Under the pieces are notes generated by a model that saw nothing but the letters and a program-made list of their open reading frames with translations, ran no database searches and had not been told where the DNA came from. DNA of 63,701 bases, counting the filler, from Salisapilia sapeloensis CBS 127946 (Eukaryota; Protista; Oomycota), in NCBI GenBank assembly GCA_023334545.1. It is 16 parts of 16 records of this genome, joined end to end, with 100 filler letters (N's around TTAATTAATTAA, not from the genome) between each part and the next. Parts side by side here need not be neighbours in the genome. Positions count along the whole stretch, not along the records: positions 35,695 to 55,577 come from JAADVB010000304.1; 15 more parts are not named here. One strand, given 5' to 3'. The position numbers and the translations under genes were made by a program. The stretch's first letter is position 1, and every line of letters starts with the position of its first letter. Of this stretch, positions 35,941-48,731 are shown piece by piece.

Positions 35941-38683
35941 TCATGTTGACGTATGCCTTTTCATCACTTCTTCGAACAGTAGTTCCTTGATCCCTTCAGG
36001 ATCCATTGGCAGTTGCGCCTGCCCTTGTCTCCTCACTCGTTCCCTCACGTCATCCGAGCACTCCGCTTCGGCACTCTCATCTCTCCATCCACTCACATAC
36101 GCATGTTCCAATGCTTCCTTAGCACTCAGTCGATCATTCGGATTGAACACGAGCAACTTGTCTAACAAGTCAATCGCTTCCGGATTCGCTTCCGGAAACA
36201 GACACTCCCACTCCATCCGTTCCTTCCTCTCAGCCGCCGCCAAGAACTGTCGTCCAGCGAATCGACGTGCACTCGGGTTGTCACAAAAGGAAAAGGTGGA
36301 AGGCGTGCCAAGGACATCGACGATCAGTCGCAGTTGATCGACGTACGACTGTCCTGGGAAGAGAACTTTACGCCCGAGTAGCTCTGCTAGGATACACCCG
36401 ACGCTCCACATGTCCACGCTCCTGTCATACGTATTGGCTAAGAGCAGCTCTGGCGCTCGATACCATCTCGTGACAACGTACTCGGACATGGCTTCTCCCA
36501 TCTCATCATCGGCATGACGAGCGAGACCAAAGTCTGCGATCCGGAGGGTACAATCTGAATTGACGAGCAAGTTACTAGGTTTCAAATCTCGATGCAGGAC
36601 GTTGGCCGAGTGGAGGTAGTGGATGCCGCGAAGGAGCTGGTAGATAAAGAACTGGATCTGATCGTCGGACAGCGGCTGGTGGCTGTGGATGATGCGACTC
36701 AAGTCCGTTTCCATGAGCGGCTGGATGATGTACAGGTCCGTGAAGTTTGCGTAATCCACTGGTCGTTGGAGTTCATGGATCGGGATCAGGTTCGGATGCG
36801 TCCCGAGCGTGTTCATGAGCTGAAGTTCACGCAACGCAAGTAGAGCAACTTTAGGATGACGAAGGAACTGGCCGAGCTTTTTGATAGCATATGTCCCGCC
36901 GTGGACAAAGTCACACGCAGCAATGACTTCACCGTACGTACCTCGACCAACGACCTTGACCATCCGATACTTTTCCGCTAATTGATACCGAACGCCATTG
37001 ATGATGAACTGGTGCATCCGGAGGTCGGCATCTTGGTCGGCGATACCGAATCGACTGATAGATGGGAGACGGATGTCCTTGTCTCTGATACTAAACGAGC
37101 TCCGTTCAACGTCTCTGACATCTGATTGTCGCTCCGACCGCATGCTCAAGTTACTCACTTCAACATGCATTTCCAACTTGCCAAAGTAACTTTGATGGTC
37201 GTTCGATAGCACGTAGCTCGAGTCGTGCTCACTCTTTTTCCACTTGCGCATCGTCGGCTGGTTGAGGAAAGATGCAAGGTTGATATGTGTCCTCGCGACG
37301 ACTTCTCGATTCGTGTGTCGACAGAATTCTAGCAGCAAAATCGTATTGTCGTCTCTAGACAGACGATCGAATTGGAGGTAGAGACACTGGCCGTCGAAAG
37401 GATAGGATGAGGTTTCGTAATCCACCGGTTGAGGCGACACGGACGTGGACTGGGCTTCTGTATGCCACACACCTTCGAACTCGTTTGTGTCCAAGGAGCA
37501 ACGGATGAAGCATTTCTATACGATAGGTTAGTATACAAAGTACAAGTCAGGAGATTATCGAGCGTACGTCGTTTTGAAGTTCATGCGCTCGGACGTCCGT
37601 TACGTGTTGCACTTTGATACACACGACGTGTCCACCGACAACTGTTTCTCGGATCCTTTCTGCTAGAGGAGGTAACGTCAAGTCCGTGACGCTCTCTGGC
37701 GGCTTAAAGACAACGCTGGAGGCAACGACGTCACCAAAGATCTCCCATCGACGGATACGACCGGTCTTGTCGCGAGCAAGATGCAGCTTATGCACCCACT
37801 GCTGCATGAAGGTTGCGTGATTGGAACGCACTTGCATTGTTTCTCGACCTCGTACGAGCAACACGCGGTCACTTCGACTAGAAGTACGTTCGGATCTATC
37901 TTCCCACTCGACTTGTTCGACACTGAATTGAGTGAGGACGACAGCTTCTGCCAGACGTGAAAAGTATTCTAGTACGCCTGGAAAATTGCGGTACTTGCCT
38001 TCAAATGGCACCATCGGAAGGTAATTCGTTCGGACGACAATGTCCGTGTCGAGGAGAGAGAAGAAGCGAAGGACCGTGTGGTCCTTTGGAGGATCGAGGG
38101 TACTGCCACGAACATGCACAGGAGAGGAGGGAGAGATTGGTACGAGCACACCTTCCTTGCGCTTCTCGCTGCTGGAAGAGCTCGACACGGACGACCTGTC
38201 GGGGAACATCATCTGAGACGAAACATGGTCACCCAGCGATCTCGCCAGGTATTCATACGCTCTATAAAAGTCTGAAGTAGATGTCGTCAAGGCCTGGACG
38301 GATGCGTATGGCTCATTCTCGACCGAATGGTCGTGGATGGCATCACCGACGACCTGTAGCCACGAGTACTTGCTAGCTTCACTATTCGTTCGAAAGTGTA
38401 GATGATGGCCTCGCACCGTTTCTAATGTAAATCGAAACGGGGAGGCTGTATCGGATCCATTATCGACGTCGTACGCTTTGGCGAGAATGACACGATCGGC
38501 GAATCCGATTTTGCCCTTTTTAATCCGAGATTTCGATTGAGGTGCTCGAGCATCTTCTTCTGAAAGGTAGCAGTACAAATACCGACCGCGCAGGATGAGG
38601 TAGTACGTCTCCCAGTGCTTGAGCCAGTCGGACCGCTTCTGGAGGTACCCCTCCCATTCCAATCGGAGCGGAGCTTGCGTCAT
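35941..38683 (-). CDS. PH - SnoaL/NTF2-like - C2-like - MAP kinase multidomain protein, two exons (38683-37568, 37515-35941), about 896 aa
   Basis: Intron 37567-37516 (GTACGC...TACTAAC...TATAG, 52 bp, phase 0) fuses the two long ORFs in frame across a C2-like domain; PH motif EGYLQKR...WETYYLIL; kinase GRGTYG, YAIKK, HRDLKPSN, DFGLAR, SEYVVTRWYRAPE. Confidence 0.88.
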
Positions 38684-39195
38684 GTCAAGCGTGTTGAAAC
38701 CGTGCTTTAATTTTCAACGAATCAACGTGCATGATCTTTAATTTCCACGAATCACAACGTACTAAACAGCAAGAAGGCGCCAAGTCGAGAAGTCGAATAT
38801 GCTGTATGGGCCTCGGAAGCGACCACCGACATCTGAAGAGTCTGCGCCGACAGGAGAGTACATTGAACGCGGCATAAAGCGTCTACGACTAGCTCAAGAC
38901 CATCCTCAAGGTATTTATATGTAGGATATAGCTGCAGAAAGGCTGAAACTGATGGAAGTGGCATGAAGCGTTTGATGCTCGCCGGTCGCCATTGGAGCGA
39001 GAAGACTTGCAGAACCAAGAGTATGCATACATGAACTCTTTACTTCGAGAGCTACACCATCTACGACAGCTACGTCGGTATCAAGCCCAGCGTCCATCAG
39101 TGCAATGCACCGAAGCGGAACCGATGCAAGTGGATGATACAGGGTAGACATATATGCAAACAAAAGACGGTTGGAAGTATATAAAAAGTAGTGGA

Positions 39196-41924
39196 TTATC
39201 CAAAGGAGAATCCTCCGTTTCGGAACCAACTTGCTTTTCGAGAGGTTGGGTTCTTGCGGACGAGGGCGGATGGAGATACTTTCTTGGACGTTGTCTTCTT
39301 CTTTCGAACTGGTTTCTTTTCTTTCGAACTGGAGGTTGTTCGGGAGACAGAGCGTTTGGAAGGTTTATTTAGTGCAACATGCGACGGCGTTTCGACGGAT
39401 ATGCTGGTAATACTTGTTGGAGAAGCCTTGTCGACGATGGATTGTTTGGTAGTGGAGTATATGGGAGAAGAGAGCTTTGGTGGTGAAGGTACTTGCGTCT
39501 AGATATGGATGATGGGATGGAGATGGATGGGTTTTGGTAGAAATGATACCTGTGGTTGAACTCGAGGTTGTTCTTTTGGTTTCTGCTGCTTTTGTTTCAA
39601 CTGTTCGACGACTTGGTCGACGCTTTCCGTTGTGACTGGAACCGACGTCATAGTGCTTAGTTTCTGTAGCATCTGAGTATTCTTGTCTTGCACTTGTTTC
39701 AGCTTATCTTTTAAAGCAATTTCTTCTTGTTCCAGCTCCACTGCTTCTTGTTGCTTCCGGATGGATGCAGACTTACTCTGTTCGACTTTGGATGATAAGT
39801 CGTCTACTTTTGCCTTTAAAAGTTGGTTCCGTTCGGTTGAGTTAGAGAGCTGAACGTCTAGTTGATCAAGTAATGCCGTCTCTTTCTCCACTTGTGACTG
39901 AAGATTCGTTCGCTTGCTCAATAGACCGTCGTGTTCAGCTTTTTCAACAGCCATTTTCTCTTTGAGGGTCTTAATTTCGAGCTCCTTTGCTGTTACTCTA
40001 GCTTTGTAGTCGTTCATGGTACCTTCCACCTCTTTCTTGTTCACGTTCAGGTTCGACATGGATTCATTGAGCTCTTCCAAGCGTTTGGCGTTATCTAGAA
40101 CGACTTGAGGCTGTGCGTCAAAGCATAGCTACTCAACGAATGTACCTGTCTTTCGTCTTTCTCTAGCTTCCAGTCGAACATTGTAAGTCTCTTGGAGCAG
40201 CTGAGTCTGCTGTTGAAGCCATTCTGTCTCCTGTTCTTTGCTCTAGCATTTATATCAATTTGCGGTTGTGAATTGCCAAGATGTCACAGCAAGTACCTGT
40301 ATCTGTATCTCCAGGCTACTAGCGTAACTTTTCCATTCTTCCGTGATGAGTTGAATTGACTGCTTATTGTTATAGGCACTTTCCAGTTCCATCTGAACAA
40401 AACGTGTTTACAACCTTATCACCAAACGATAGTGGTGCAAACTTGATACTTCGGTCGACTTTAGTTGCTCATGGAGATTGTTCAATTCGTCTTGGCTAGC
40501 TACCACAAGAGATGGAAACTAGGTATATCTCGATTAGCTAGCTAGCTAGAGTAATTAAAAGTATAATGAATTACCTGCTGCCCTTGATCGGACTTGTCTT
40601 GGCTTTTCATTTCGCTGAGATAAATAGCAGCAATGAGTAACCGCAGCAATACAGACATGGCTCAAGGCTCATATACTCTTCTAGCTGTAGCTTTCGCATA
40701 ATAAGATTGCAAACATCTTCTTCATGCATTAAGGCATTTTCCTTCAAAACCTAATTTCGATTGCATAGTTCAGATTGACAGATCCGTCATGACATTTTGA
40801 TTCGCGTTGCAATACCACATCCGCTTCTTTTAACCGGGCTTTCATTTGGGGAAGTTGCTTCTGTAGTTCTTCGATCTTGGATACTTCACTCTCACATTCG
40901 GTCTCGATTTCACATCTCTTGTCTTGGAGATCACTCTTCTGTTCTAGTGCAGACTAAAATACCATCTTTAACCACGATTCCATACAAACAGGAATAAACT
41001 TTTTACTTTTAAATCCCGACAAGAAGCATCTGCGTCTTCCTTCTGTAGAGCAAACAGTTCCCGTGCTATTTGATATCAAGAATTGTGCATCATCCACTAA
41101 GAAAGTTGTTTTGAAGCATACCTCGAGAGAGTCGTTGATTCTCAGCTTCTATTTTGGTGTTGAAGCTTGACAAATCGTCCTCATTTGCCATTGCTTTTGC
41201 TTCGATTCCTTCTAACTGCACTCCATATTGATCCACAACGACTTCAAGCGCATCACACTTTGTCATGATCCCTGCTAACTGATCTTCCAATACTTTCGCC
41301 CCTTCTTGGCTCTTTTTAACCTGCAGATTATGTGCTTCCTGCAGCTGACCTCTGTGTCTGTGATTGCGTTCACTATAACATGATCATCACAATCTATTCA
41401 AATGCATGTCTTAGGGAGCATACGCTAATCGCCCATTGTTTACTGCAAGACTATTGTGCTTGGCTCGAAGGCGTTCGAGTTGTTTTTCCTTCTGGTGCAA
41501 AGCTTCCGTTAGCTCTTGCTGGCGTTGCTGTTGACGCTGTTCATCTTTAATAACTCTACAAAGCACAGAGGCTGTAAATGGTATGATACAGCAATACGTA
41601 ATGTGGAGCTAATCTACTTCTTAATATAGGCTTCATATTCATTCAGTTGAGAGGGATCCATGGCCTCCATAGCCTGGAGGTGATATCTACGAAGTCTGCT
41701 TCTGCTTGAAAATTGCGGAAAGGATATGGAAACTTCAACGTTTCCACTCGCAGAGTGAATGTCACCGACTTGACTTGGATAAAATATACTCCAACTATTG
41801 AAACGCTTATTTGGTCATTTTTAGACAACCGGAGACAAGTAAACGCCTCTGTTTCAACGCTTATAGCTATTTTAATCATCGTCCTGTTCTGCTTCATCCC
41901 TAAATAATCATGAAGACGACGCAT
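39196..41924 (-). CDS. Multi-exon coiled-coil protein with basic Ser/Lys-rich tail (exon structure approximate; could be two genes)
   Basis: Successive E/K/Q-rich minus-strand segments (ORFs 41090-41290, 39499-40080 and others) separated by GT-AG introns; last exon TQVPSPPK...WFRNGGFSFG* ends at 39196. Confidence 0.55.
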
Positions 41925-42699
41925 ATTGCAATGCAGGTCCTTCCCTGTGAATAGACGCCGGGGACGACGGACGGCAGCTCATTTTCTCATTCACTGGCGC
42001 TTTTTTATGCCCTCCGACCATTTTTCATCTTCTCGAATTTTAGAAAAGATCCAGTAGACGGGAGGTCGTCTTCAATCTATACAAACATCCAGTCGTTTCA
42101 GTCCCGGCCATTCATTTGCTGTCCTCTCGCAACTAAGCGCGACTCTTGCGTCTACTATGGCGACTATACAAATCCCAAGTCGCCCAGATCAGCGTCAGTC
42201 GGAAAGAAAAGAAAACCGGAGAAAACGACTGCTGGCCTTCGATCGATCCTCTTGTCGCCGATCCACAAGTCCTCCTACGCATCCAATCTAGAAACGAAGC
42301 ACTATTCACGGTAGAGCTCGTTTAGCTGCATCGATTGATACCCGGATCGTACATTTTCCTACCTCGGAACTTCTTCCCGCGTCGCACGTGTGCGGTCAAA
42401 CTTTGCAACGCCTACAGGTCCAGAGTTCTCCTCCGACATCGTCAACTTTCTTTTCTGTCTCCAAGAAGCACACCAGCTTCTTTCCGTCTCCTCGCCGTAA
42501 TTTATCAGCTTCCACAGATCGTCGTGGTACTCCGTTGGTGTCTTTTTCCGTCCCATTTCCGTCGTTTCGTATAGAAAACTACTCCAGCTCCATCGACAGG
42601 TATACTTTAAATGCTTGCAAGTGTCGTACGAAATGAAATTAATTATATTATCCAGCCTTTCATCTTTTTGCCATTCGCCCCGACTAGACAAGTACCATC

Positions 42700-44006
42700 A
42701 TGAGCTCCCCACTCCGTACAGACCCATCGATGCAGAGCGACTGGATCTTCACCGAAGATGAGTTGCAGCACACGCCGTCGAGACAGGAAGGCATCACGTA
42801 CTTGGACGAACTAGAGCTACGTCGACGAGGCTGTACGTTCATCGACAAGATGGGCAAGAAGTTGGACATGCCGAAGTTGGCGTTGAACTGTGCTCACAAC
42901 TACCTCCACCGCTTCTTCATGCGAGAGTCCATGGTTCGACATGACAAGTATGTTGTCGCGGCGGCGTGCGTCTTGCTTGGCTCCAAGGCAGAGGAGTGTG
43001 TGAAAAAGATTTCGCACATTGCCAAGGAGTACATTAGCGTACGTCGAGATGTGGAGAAAGACCAGCGTTTTGCTCTGCAAAAGCACGATCCGAGGGTTGA
43101 AGGTCAGAAGATTCTGAACATGGAGATCTTTGTCCTCCACACGCTCGTGTACGACCTGTCGATCGCCCACCCATACAAGTTTATCAACGAAAAGGTGGAT
43201 AAAGTCGTGCGCCTCTTCCCGAATCTCACGAGCGACGGGAAGAAGACGTTGAGTGGCAAGATCAAGCAGGTCGCTTGGAGCTTTTTAAACGACTCGGCGT
43301 ACACGACGGCGTGTCTCCGCATGGAGACGTGGCACTTGGCCGCAGGCGCCGTCTACGTCGCCGGCTTGTACGAGAATTACGTGCCTCCGCACCTGCAGAC
43401 CAGCAGCGGCGAGCCGTGGTACACGGTGCTCGGAACCTCTTACGGAACCTTGCAAGGTATACCTCCTTTCTATTTATTTCGCACCTGTATATTTTCCATT
43501 GTGCATGTCCTATATCATTCGGATGCATTAAAATTGAACTGCATAACCTATCCTATCCTACATACCGAATATTGAACGGGGTATTAAATATTTTGTGGTC
43601 CCTCTGGTATGTCCGCTGCCTCTTGTCATCGCGATTATCGAATCCAGACGCGGCAACACACCTCCTCGCAGCGTACACGACGCCGTACTTGCATCCGGAC
43701 GTGCTGCCCGCGACGCTCGCCAAGCTCGTGTACGTCTTCCACCCTCCCAAGCTCCCTGCGTCCACGGTTGGCGAGAGTCCGAACACGCCGTCACAAATGC
43801 TGACGCCGCAGAGCGACTCGGTCGCGTCGCCCATGGACTCGGCCGCATGTGTGACGTCCCCCGAATGCAACGGCACGAGCTCCAAGTCCCCTCTGGACGC
43901 CGACCTTATGGGCAGCGGCGATTCTCCGATCGTCGAGCCTTGTTACGTGGACAAGAAGCGGTCTCGGGAGGGCGAGGACTTTGAGCAACGCAAGGTCCGT
44001 TGCTAG
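42700..44006 (+). CDS. Transcriptional cyclin (cyclin T/K-like), two exons (42700-43456, 43648-44006), 371 aa
   Basis: WIFTEDELQHTPSR, cyclin box YLHRFFM...VAAACVLLGSKAEE, LSIAHPYKF, AWSFLNDS; 191-bp AT-rich intron GTATAC...TCCAG restores the frame. Confidence 0.88.
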
Positions 44007-44619
44007 AGCCGGTCGTCGTCCGTGTTTCGCTCTTCGATTTTTTGCATGATCCAGATCGTACGTGCCTTCCAGCATTCTACCTCACATACACACATAAAAA
44101 GCCAAGATCAGCATGAAAACATCAAAAACCAATAAAAAATATTTATGCACATACCTCGTGGCGTTCATGGCGTTTTGTACGGAAGATCTACTAAGGTTGT
44201 GTGAGAATCAGATGGGAGAAGTAAAATGGAAATGGATGTGTGTTTCTTTACCGTGAAAGGAGCTACGGGTGTCGAGATGGAGTGAAGAGAGTTGGCGGAA
44301 GAGAAAAGAGGTGGATGGACCATGCAGAGTACGCCTGAGTTACTCCAGCGCCAGTTGGAGGCTAGTGGGAAAGTACGTTGTGCCAGTGTCTATAAAAAAC
44401 CGCACCTGGCAAGTGCTTTCGACGACGAAACTCCCTCTCTGACTATCGCAGCCTCGAGCATTTCTCCTGGCTTCTGGGTCTGTATCTACATCGTATCGGA
44501 ATTATACATACAGTTAATACTTTTTTTAAGATTAGACGGTGATTGTATTCTGGGAAACGTATTTTATAGAGGTGTTTGAACTTTGGTAGATTGAAAACAA
44601 GTATCGAACAGGATTTGCA

Positions 44620-45683
44620 TTATGCGTTGAGCTTTGCCTTTGTCGGGAGGACGAGGTGGCGGACAAAGTTACGGACTTCCCGTGTGCGAATGCTCGTGTC
44701 CAAAATGTCGTCGTCGATGCCAAGTTTCCAGCGGAGGTCGAGGCGGTCAGGGTCATTGTGTAGATCTTCGAGATCCTGGATGTACGCGTCTGCTGCCGCG
44801 AGATCCTGGAAAAAGCCCATGTCGACAGAAACTTCTCGGCGTCGAGACAACAGACGGGCAAATTCATGGCAATCATACTCGGGATGATACTGTAATGCCC
44901 AGAAATCACCTTTGAGGTACTGGACCGCGACAGCCTGCATATTGTAAAAGTTTTCTGATAATTTGGAAGCACTGGAAATAGGGAGCTGGACGATCTGGTC
45001 CTTATGACTAACGAATCCATCAAATACACTACTCTTGCCCTCGTACAGTGGATGGCTTCGACCAGTCGGGGTCAATCTGATTTTACGACCGACGCCAAGT
45101 TCCTTCCCGAGTGGATTTCGGATGACTGTACCACCCGCCGACTGGACCGCGATCTGGGCACCGAAGCAACTACCGAATTGTGGGACACCTACGATGGAGA
45201 AGGCTCGGTATCAGATCTGATTTTCCGCCAGTGAGATGTTGTTCAGCACTCACCTTTTGCGTACGCATTTCGTGCCAACGTCAGCATGCTCTGGATGATT
45301 GGACTGGCGGTATCACACACAGAAAGTGAAGATCCGGACCACCCGACGGCATCAAACTATGCACATAGATCTTCAGTGTTGGCATGCATTCCATATTGTA
45401 GACTTTGATGGCAACTTACTTGGGCTACATCGGGCATTTCAAACCCCTCTTCAGCGGGATAGATCATGTGGGTCGTTACCGACCTTCCTTCGTCCTTCGT
45501 TGCGGCAGTCAGCATGTATGCATAGAGCTCCCCCGCAGGTATAGCGCCTCCTTCGAGCAGATCTTCCCTTCCAGCTTTCGTATACCCCTCTACGATGAGG
45601 TACGAAATTGGGGAGCCACTGGAGTAGTGTCTTTGGTTTTTATGGCATTGCAATCGTAGCGTTCGAATCGCTTGACGATACAT
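44620..45683 (-). CDS. Class I glutamine amidotransferase-like protein, three exons (45683-45420, 45356-45254, 45188-44620), 311 aa
   Basis: Introns 45419-45357 (GTAAGT..ATAG) and 45253-45189 (GTGAGT..GTAG) give one open frame with nucleophile elbow GSCFGAQ and catalytic YHPE. Confidence 0.88.
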
Positions 45684-47198
45684 GGCTGCTATGTCGGATT
45701 TAAAACTGCGGTCTGAAAAACCGATTTATATACGGTCGGACAATTTACCTTTAAATATACATAGTAATGTCCAGTGGTATGCAAAATCTACGAGCTACTT
45801 TGAAAAACCTCCATCGAATCTTAAAGGATGGGGGTACTACCGGCTATAAATGACCGAATACGCAAATACTCTACGTTGATGGGGCTATGCCATCTAATGT
45901 GGAGAGAACAGAGGTTCTAACGCTGCAGTCTTTACCGGGAGATACTGGGAGTCTGCATACTTAGCTGAAGATATTGTAATAAGACTTTACTGGATATGTG
46001 TGAACTATTTATATCGCATCGACGTCTGTGCGTTTAAAGTGGCATGCTTTATTGGTAGATGAGCTACGTAAAGGACATATCGGAGTTTGTACAGTTCATC
46101 CACGCAAAGAGGAAATACAATATGATAGCGAGCAGGCGTAAGGGTATCTAGATTACCGGTAATGAAGACCTTTCGGATATAGGGCAAGTCAGGGATCCGC
46201 GCGTATCCTGCAATTGATGCGATTCCAAGCAAAGCAAAACGTATTATAGACTAATTCAAAAGCAGCATAGTGATAAAATTGACGAAGAGTTATCAAGCCC
46301 ACGTTTTGAAGTGCTCATGAGACCATCTCAAGCTGGTCAGCGCAGCGCCGTATCCTCACACTGAGCACACTATGATTCAATGTACATGGACGACAAAAGT
46401 GTAAAGCGCTTGTAGATGCAACAATAACACTTGCTTCTTCGGAATAAGCGACAAGCGCACGCTCTGTTAAAGTCGACATTAGCATATCGGACTGCTCCCA
46501 GTTTAACGCCTGGTCGAGCAACTTGGAATACTCCGATAGCACAGAATAGAACATTTGCATTTGATTGTTGAGGCAAAAGGACCCTCCACATGGTAAAGTC
46601 GCATCAGTATTGGGTACGAGTACCGCATTGTGCTGTCGCTCTATCTTCTATTTCGAACGAACTCTTGCATCGTCCTTTGGCACAATGTTGATGATCGGAA
46701 TATACAAAGCCAAGTCACCTGGTCGGAACTGGCACGCCAAACAGTCTGATTACTCCTACTTCCATTATCAGGAGGAGGTCCGAGGTATGTGGGACTCGAG
46801 CTTATTCCCTCCGAAGTTACAAAGACACCCGCGACTGAAACGATGGAGAACATAAAGTGGTCAACATGATGCCATTTTGCTTGATCGTCATCTGGAGTCG
46901 TCGTCTCCAATGATTTGTACTCCGGTATTGCATTGAACGATATTCATTTCTTTGATGGTGGCAACGTAGATAGCATGACATTGCGATCGGAATTTGCCTT
47001 CTATTAATGGTCAAATACATTGGTCGCGTTCATTTGTGAGGCGTATTAGTATACCTAGCTCATGGCTAATTAAAGGTGACAGAAGAGGTACATGAAGCAC
47101 GCAAGCAACGTTTCCCGCTGTATCATCTCCATTTAATGGATTGACACTGTGCTTTCGCGTCATTTACGAATTAGCACACTGACGCTTAACTGGAAACT

Positions 47199-48731
47199 AT
47201 GACGACGCAGTGGACGGCAGACGCGTATGAGGGCTTTTCTCTCTCGGAGGCAAAGAAAGCTGATTGCAAGCGTATCGCGATGATACTCGTCCACGAAGCG
47301 CTCCGACATTACCAAGCTTTTGATAGCTCTGTACCTCGAGGCATGGATGCTAAGCGTTGGAAACCGATTAAGTCATCTAACAATGTGACCATGTACCAAG
47401 AGCGGAACCCATCTCGACGTGTGGTGAAAGATTCCTTCACGGACAGTGCTGGCTGGCAAATGCCCCGTGTCGTCATCGGAAATGGAACAATTTCAAATAG
47501 CATTGATGACCTCTTATATGGTCTCGCGTACGGCGATGAGGCAGCAGCTTTGCAAGGTGTAAGTTACTCTGGATCACCAGTGACAAACTCCCAAATTCTG
47601 TCGACGATTGAGAAACCTACTTTGGAGCACCCATATCGTTGCACCGTTCTCCAATGGCACGCTGGTAGCCCAAGTCCAGCCATCCGAGGGATTGTTAAAG
47701 ACCGTGATGTTGTGTACATCAGAGCGACTGGGATCCTCCAGGTCGGTGAAAATGAACGCATAGGGTATAATCTCCTTCATTCGGTCGATTTACCATCGAC
47801 TCCACCGCAAGATGAAAGAGGCATCATCCGATCGCGAGTCTCTACTTGTAACCTTTTCAAGCCCGTGGGAAATCAATCGGTGGAAGTATTCATCAAAGGA
47901 TACTATGAGGTACTTGGAAACAGCTTTCTCGACTCTATTGCTGCTGTTACCATTGCCAGTGCTCTCATGGACACCTGGGCATCTGGGCAATGTGCACGGT
48001 TGAGGAAACTTTCGTGGCTTCTCCAGCGGAAAAATGTAAGCCATAGTGGTGGCATGGGCTCCATTTGGGAGCACGACGATGAAAGCGAGTCGGCGTGTCA
48101 GTCCTGTAAAAAGCGTTATGGAGCCTTTCGAAAAGCTTATCCCTGCAATTTGTGTGATTCCATCGTCTGTGCGAAATGCATAGTTCCTATAGAACTACAT
48201 GAGGTCGAGCCGAAGCTCAAGCTAGTGTCGAAGAAGGTTCGCCTTTGTCCCGAGTGCGACAAATTTATAAGCAAAGTCAACTCGTATAAAGTTGCTCGGC
48301 AAGAGATTCTGGCCGGACGATATGAAAAGCAAGGTACCGGATGCACCACCGTCGATCCGTTCAGGATCAGTCAGCTCACGGAAGACTCAAGTGCTTGGCC
48401 TGAGGAAGATTATTACCCGGGCGAATTGTATGAGTTTGGTTCAGATCAACGTAGTCCATCGACGGTAGGTTCATTAAACGCCTTTGCTGAACTGACGTCG
48501 TCTAGTGACTCCGCCCAAATCATTGAGGTGAGGGGCAGGTCATCAGATGGAAGTTCGCTCCCAAGAGGCACTGCAAGAAACGAAGAGGAACTGGATATGA
48601 TGGTGGAAAATGTTTGGAGGAGCAGCATTTCGGAACTTGATCTTAAGGAACGAGAGCGTGATCGGCAGTTAGCGTGGCTAAAAATGACGGAGCTGCGACT
48701 TCGGTTGGATGATTCGACTCCAGTGAGATGA
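47199..48731 (+). CDS. START-like domain plus FYVE-like zinc finger protein, 510 aa
   Basis: Oomycete START-like N-terminal domain (RWKPIK...GTISNSIDDLLYG...DRDVVYIRATG) followed by WEHD..CQSC...CNLC...CAKC...CPEC. Confidence 0.88.
   Translation: MTTQWTADAYEGFSLSEAKKADCKRIAMILVHEALRHYQAFDSSVPRGMDAKRWKPIKSSNNVTMYQERNPSRRVVKDSFTDSAGWQMPRVVIGNGTISNSIDDLLYGLAYGDEAAALQGVSYSGSPVTNSQILSTIEKPTLEHPYRCTVLQWHAGSPSPAIRGIVKDRDVVYIRATGILQVGENERIGYNLLHSVDLPSTPPQDERGIIRSRVSTCNLFKPVGNQSVEVFIKGYYEVLGNSFLDSIAAVTIASALMDTWASGQCARLRKLSWLLQRKNVSHSGGMGSIWEHDDESESACQSCKKRYGAFRKAYPCNLCDSIVCAKCIVPIELHEVEPKLKLVSKKVRLCPECDKFISKVNSYKVARQEILAGRYEKQGTGCTTVDPFRISQLTEDSSAWPEEDYYPGELYEFGSDQRSPSTVGSLNAFAELTSSSDSAQIIEVRGRSSDGSSLPRGTARNEEELDMMVENVWRSSISELDLKERERDRQLAWLKMTELRLRLDDSTPVR

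Noticed and set aside
37547-38683. PH-domain ORF as a separate gene from the MAPK
   Set aside because: A canonical intron with a branch point fuses it in frame to the kinase ORF, whose track start is a TTG.
46005-47020. Several 70-95 aa ORFs that might form a decayed gene
   Set aside because: Could not be joined into a recognisable protein or consistent exon chain.
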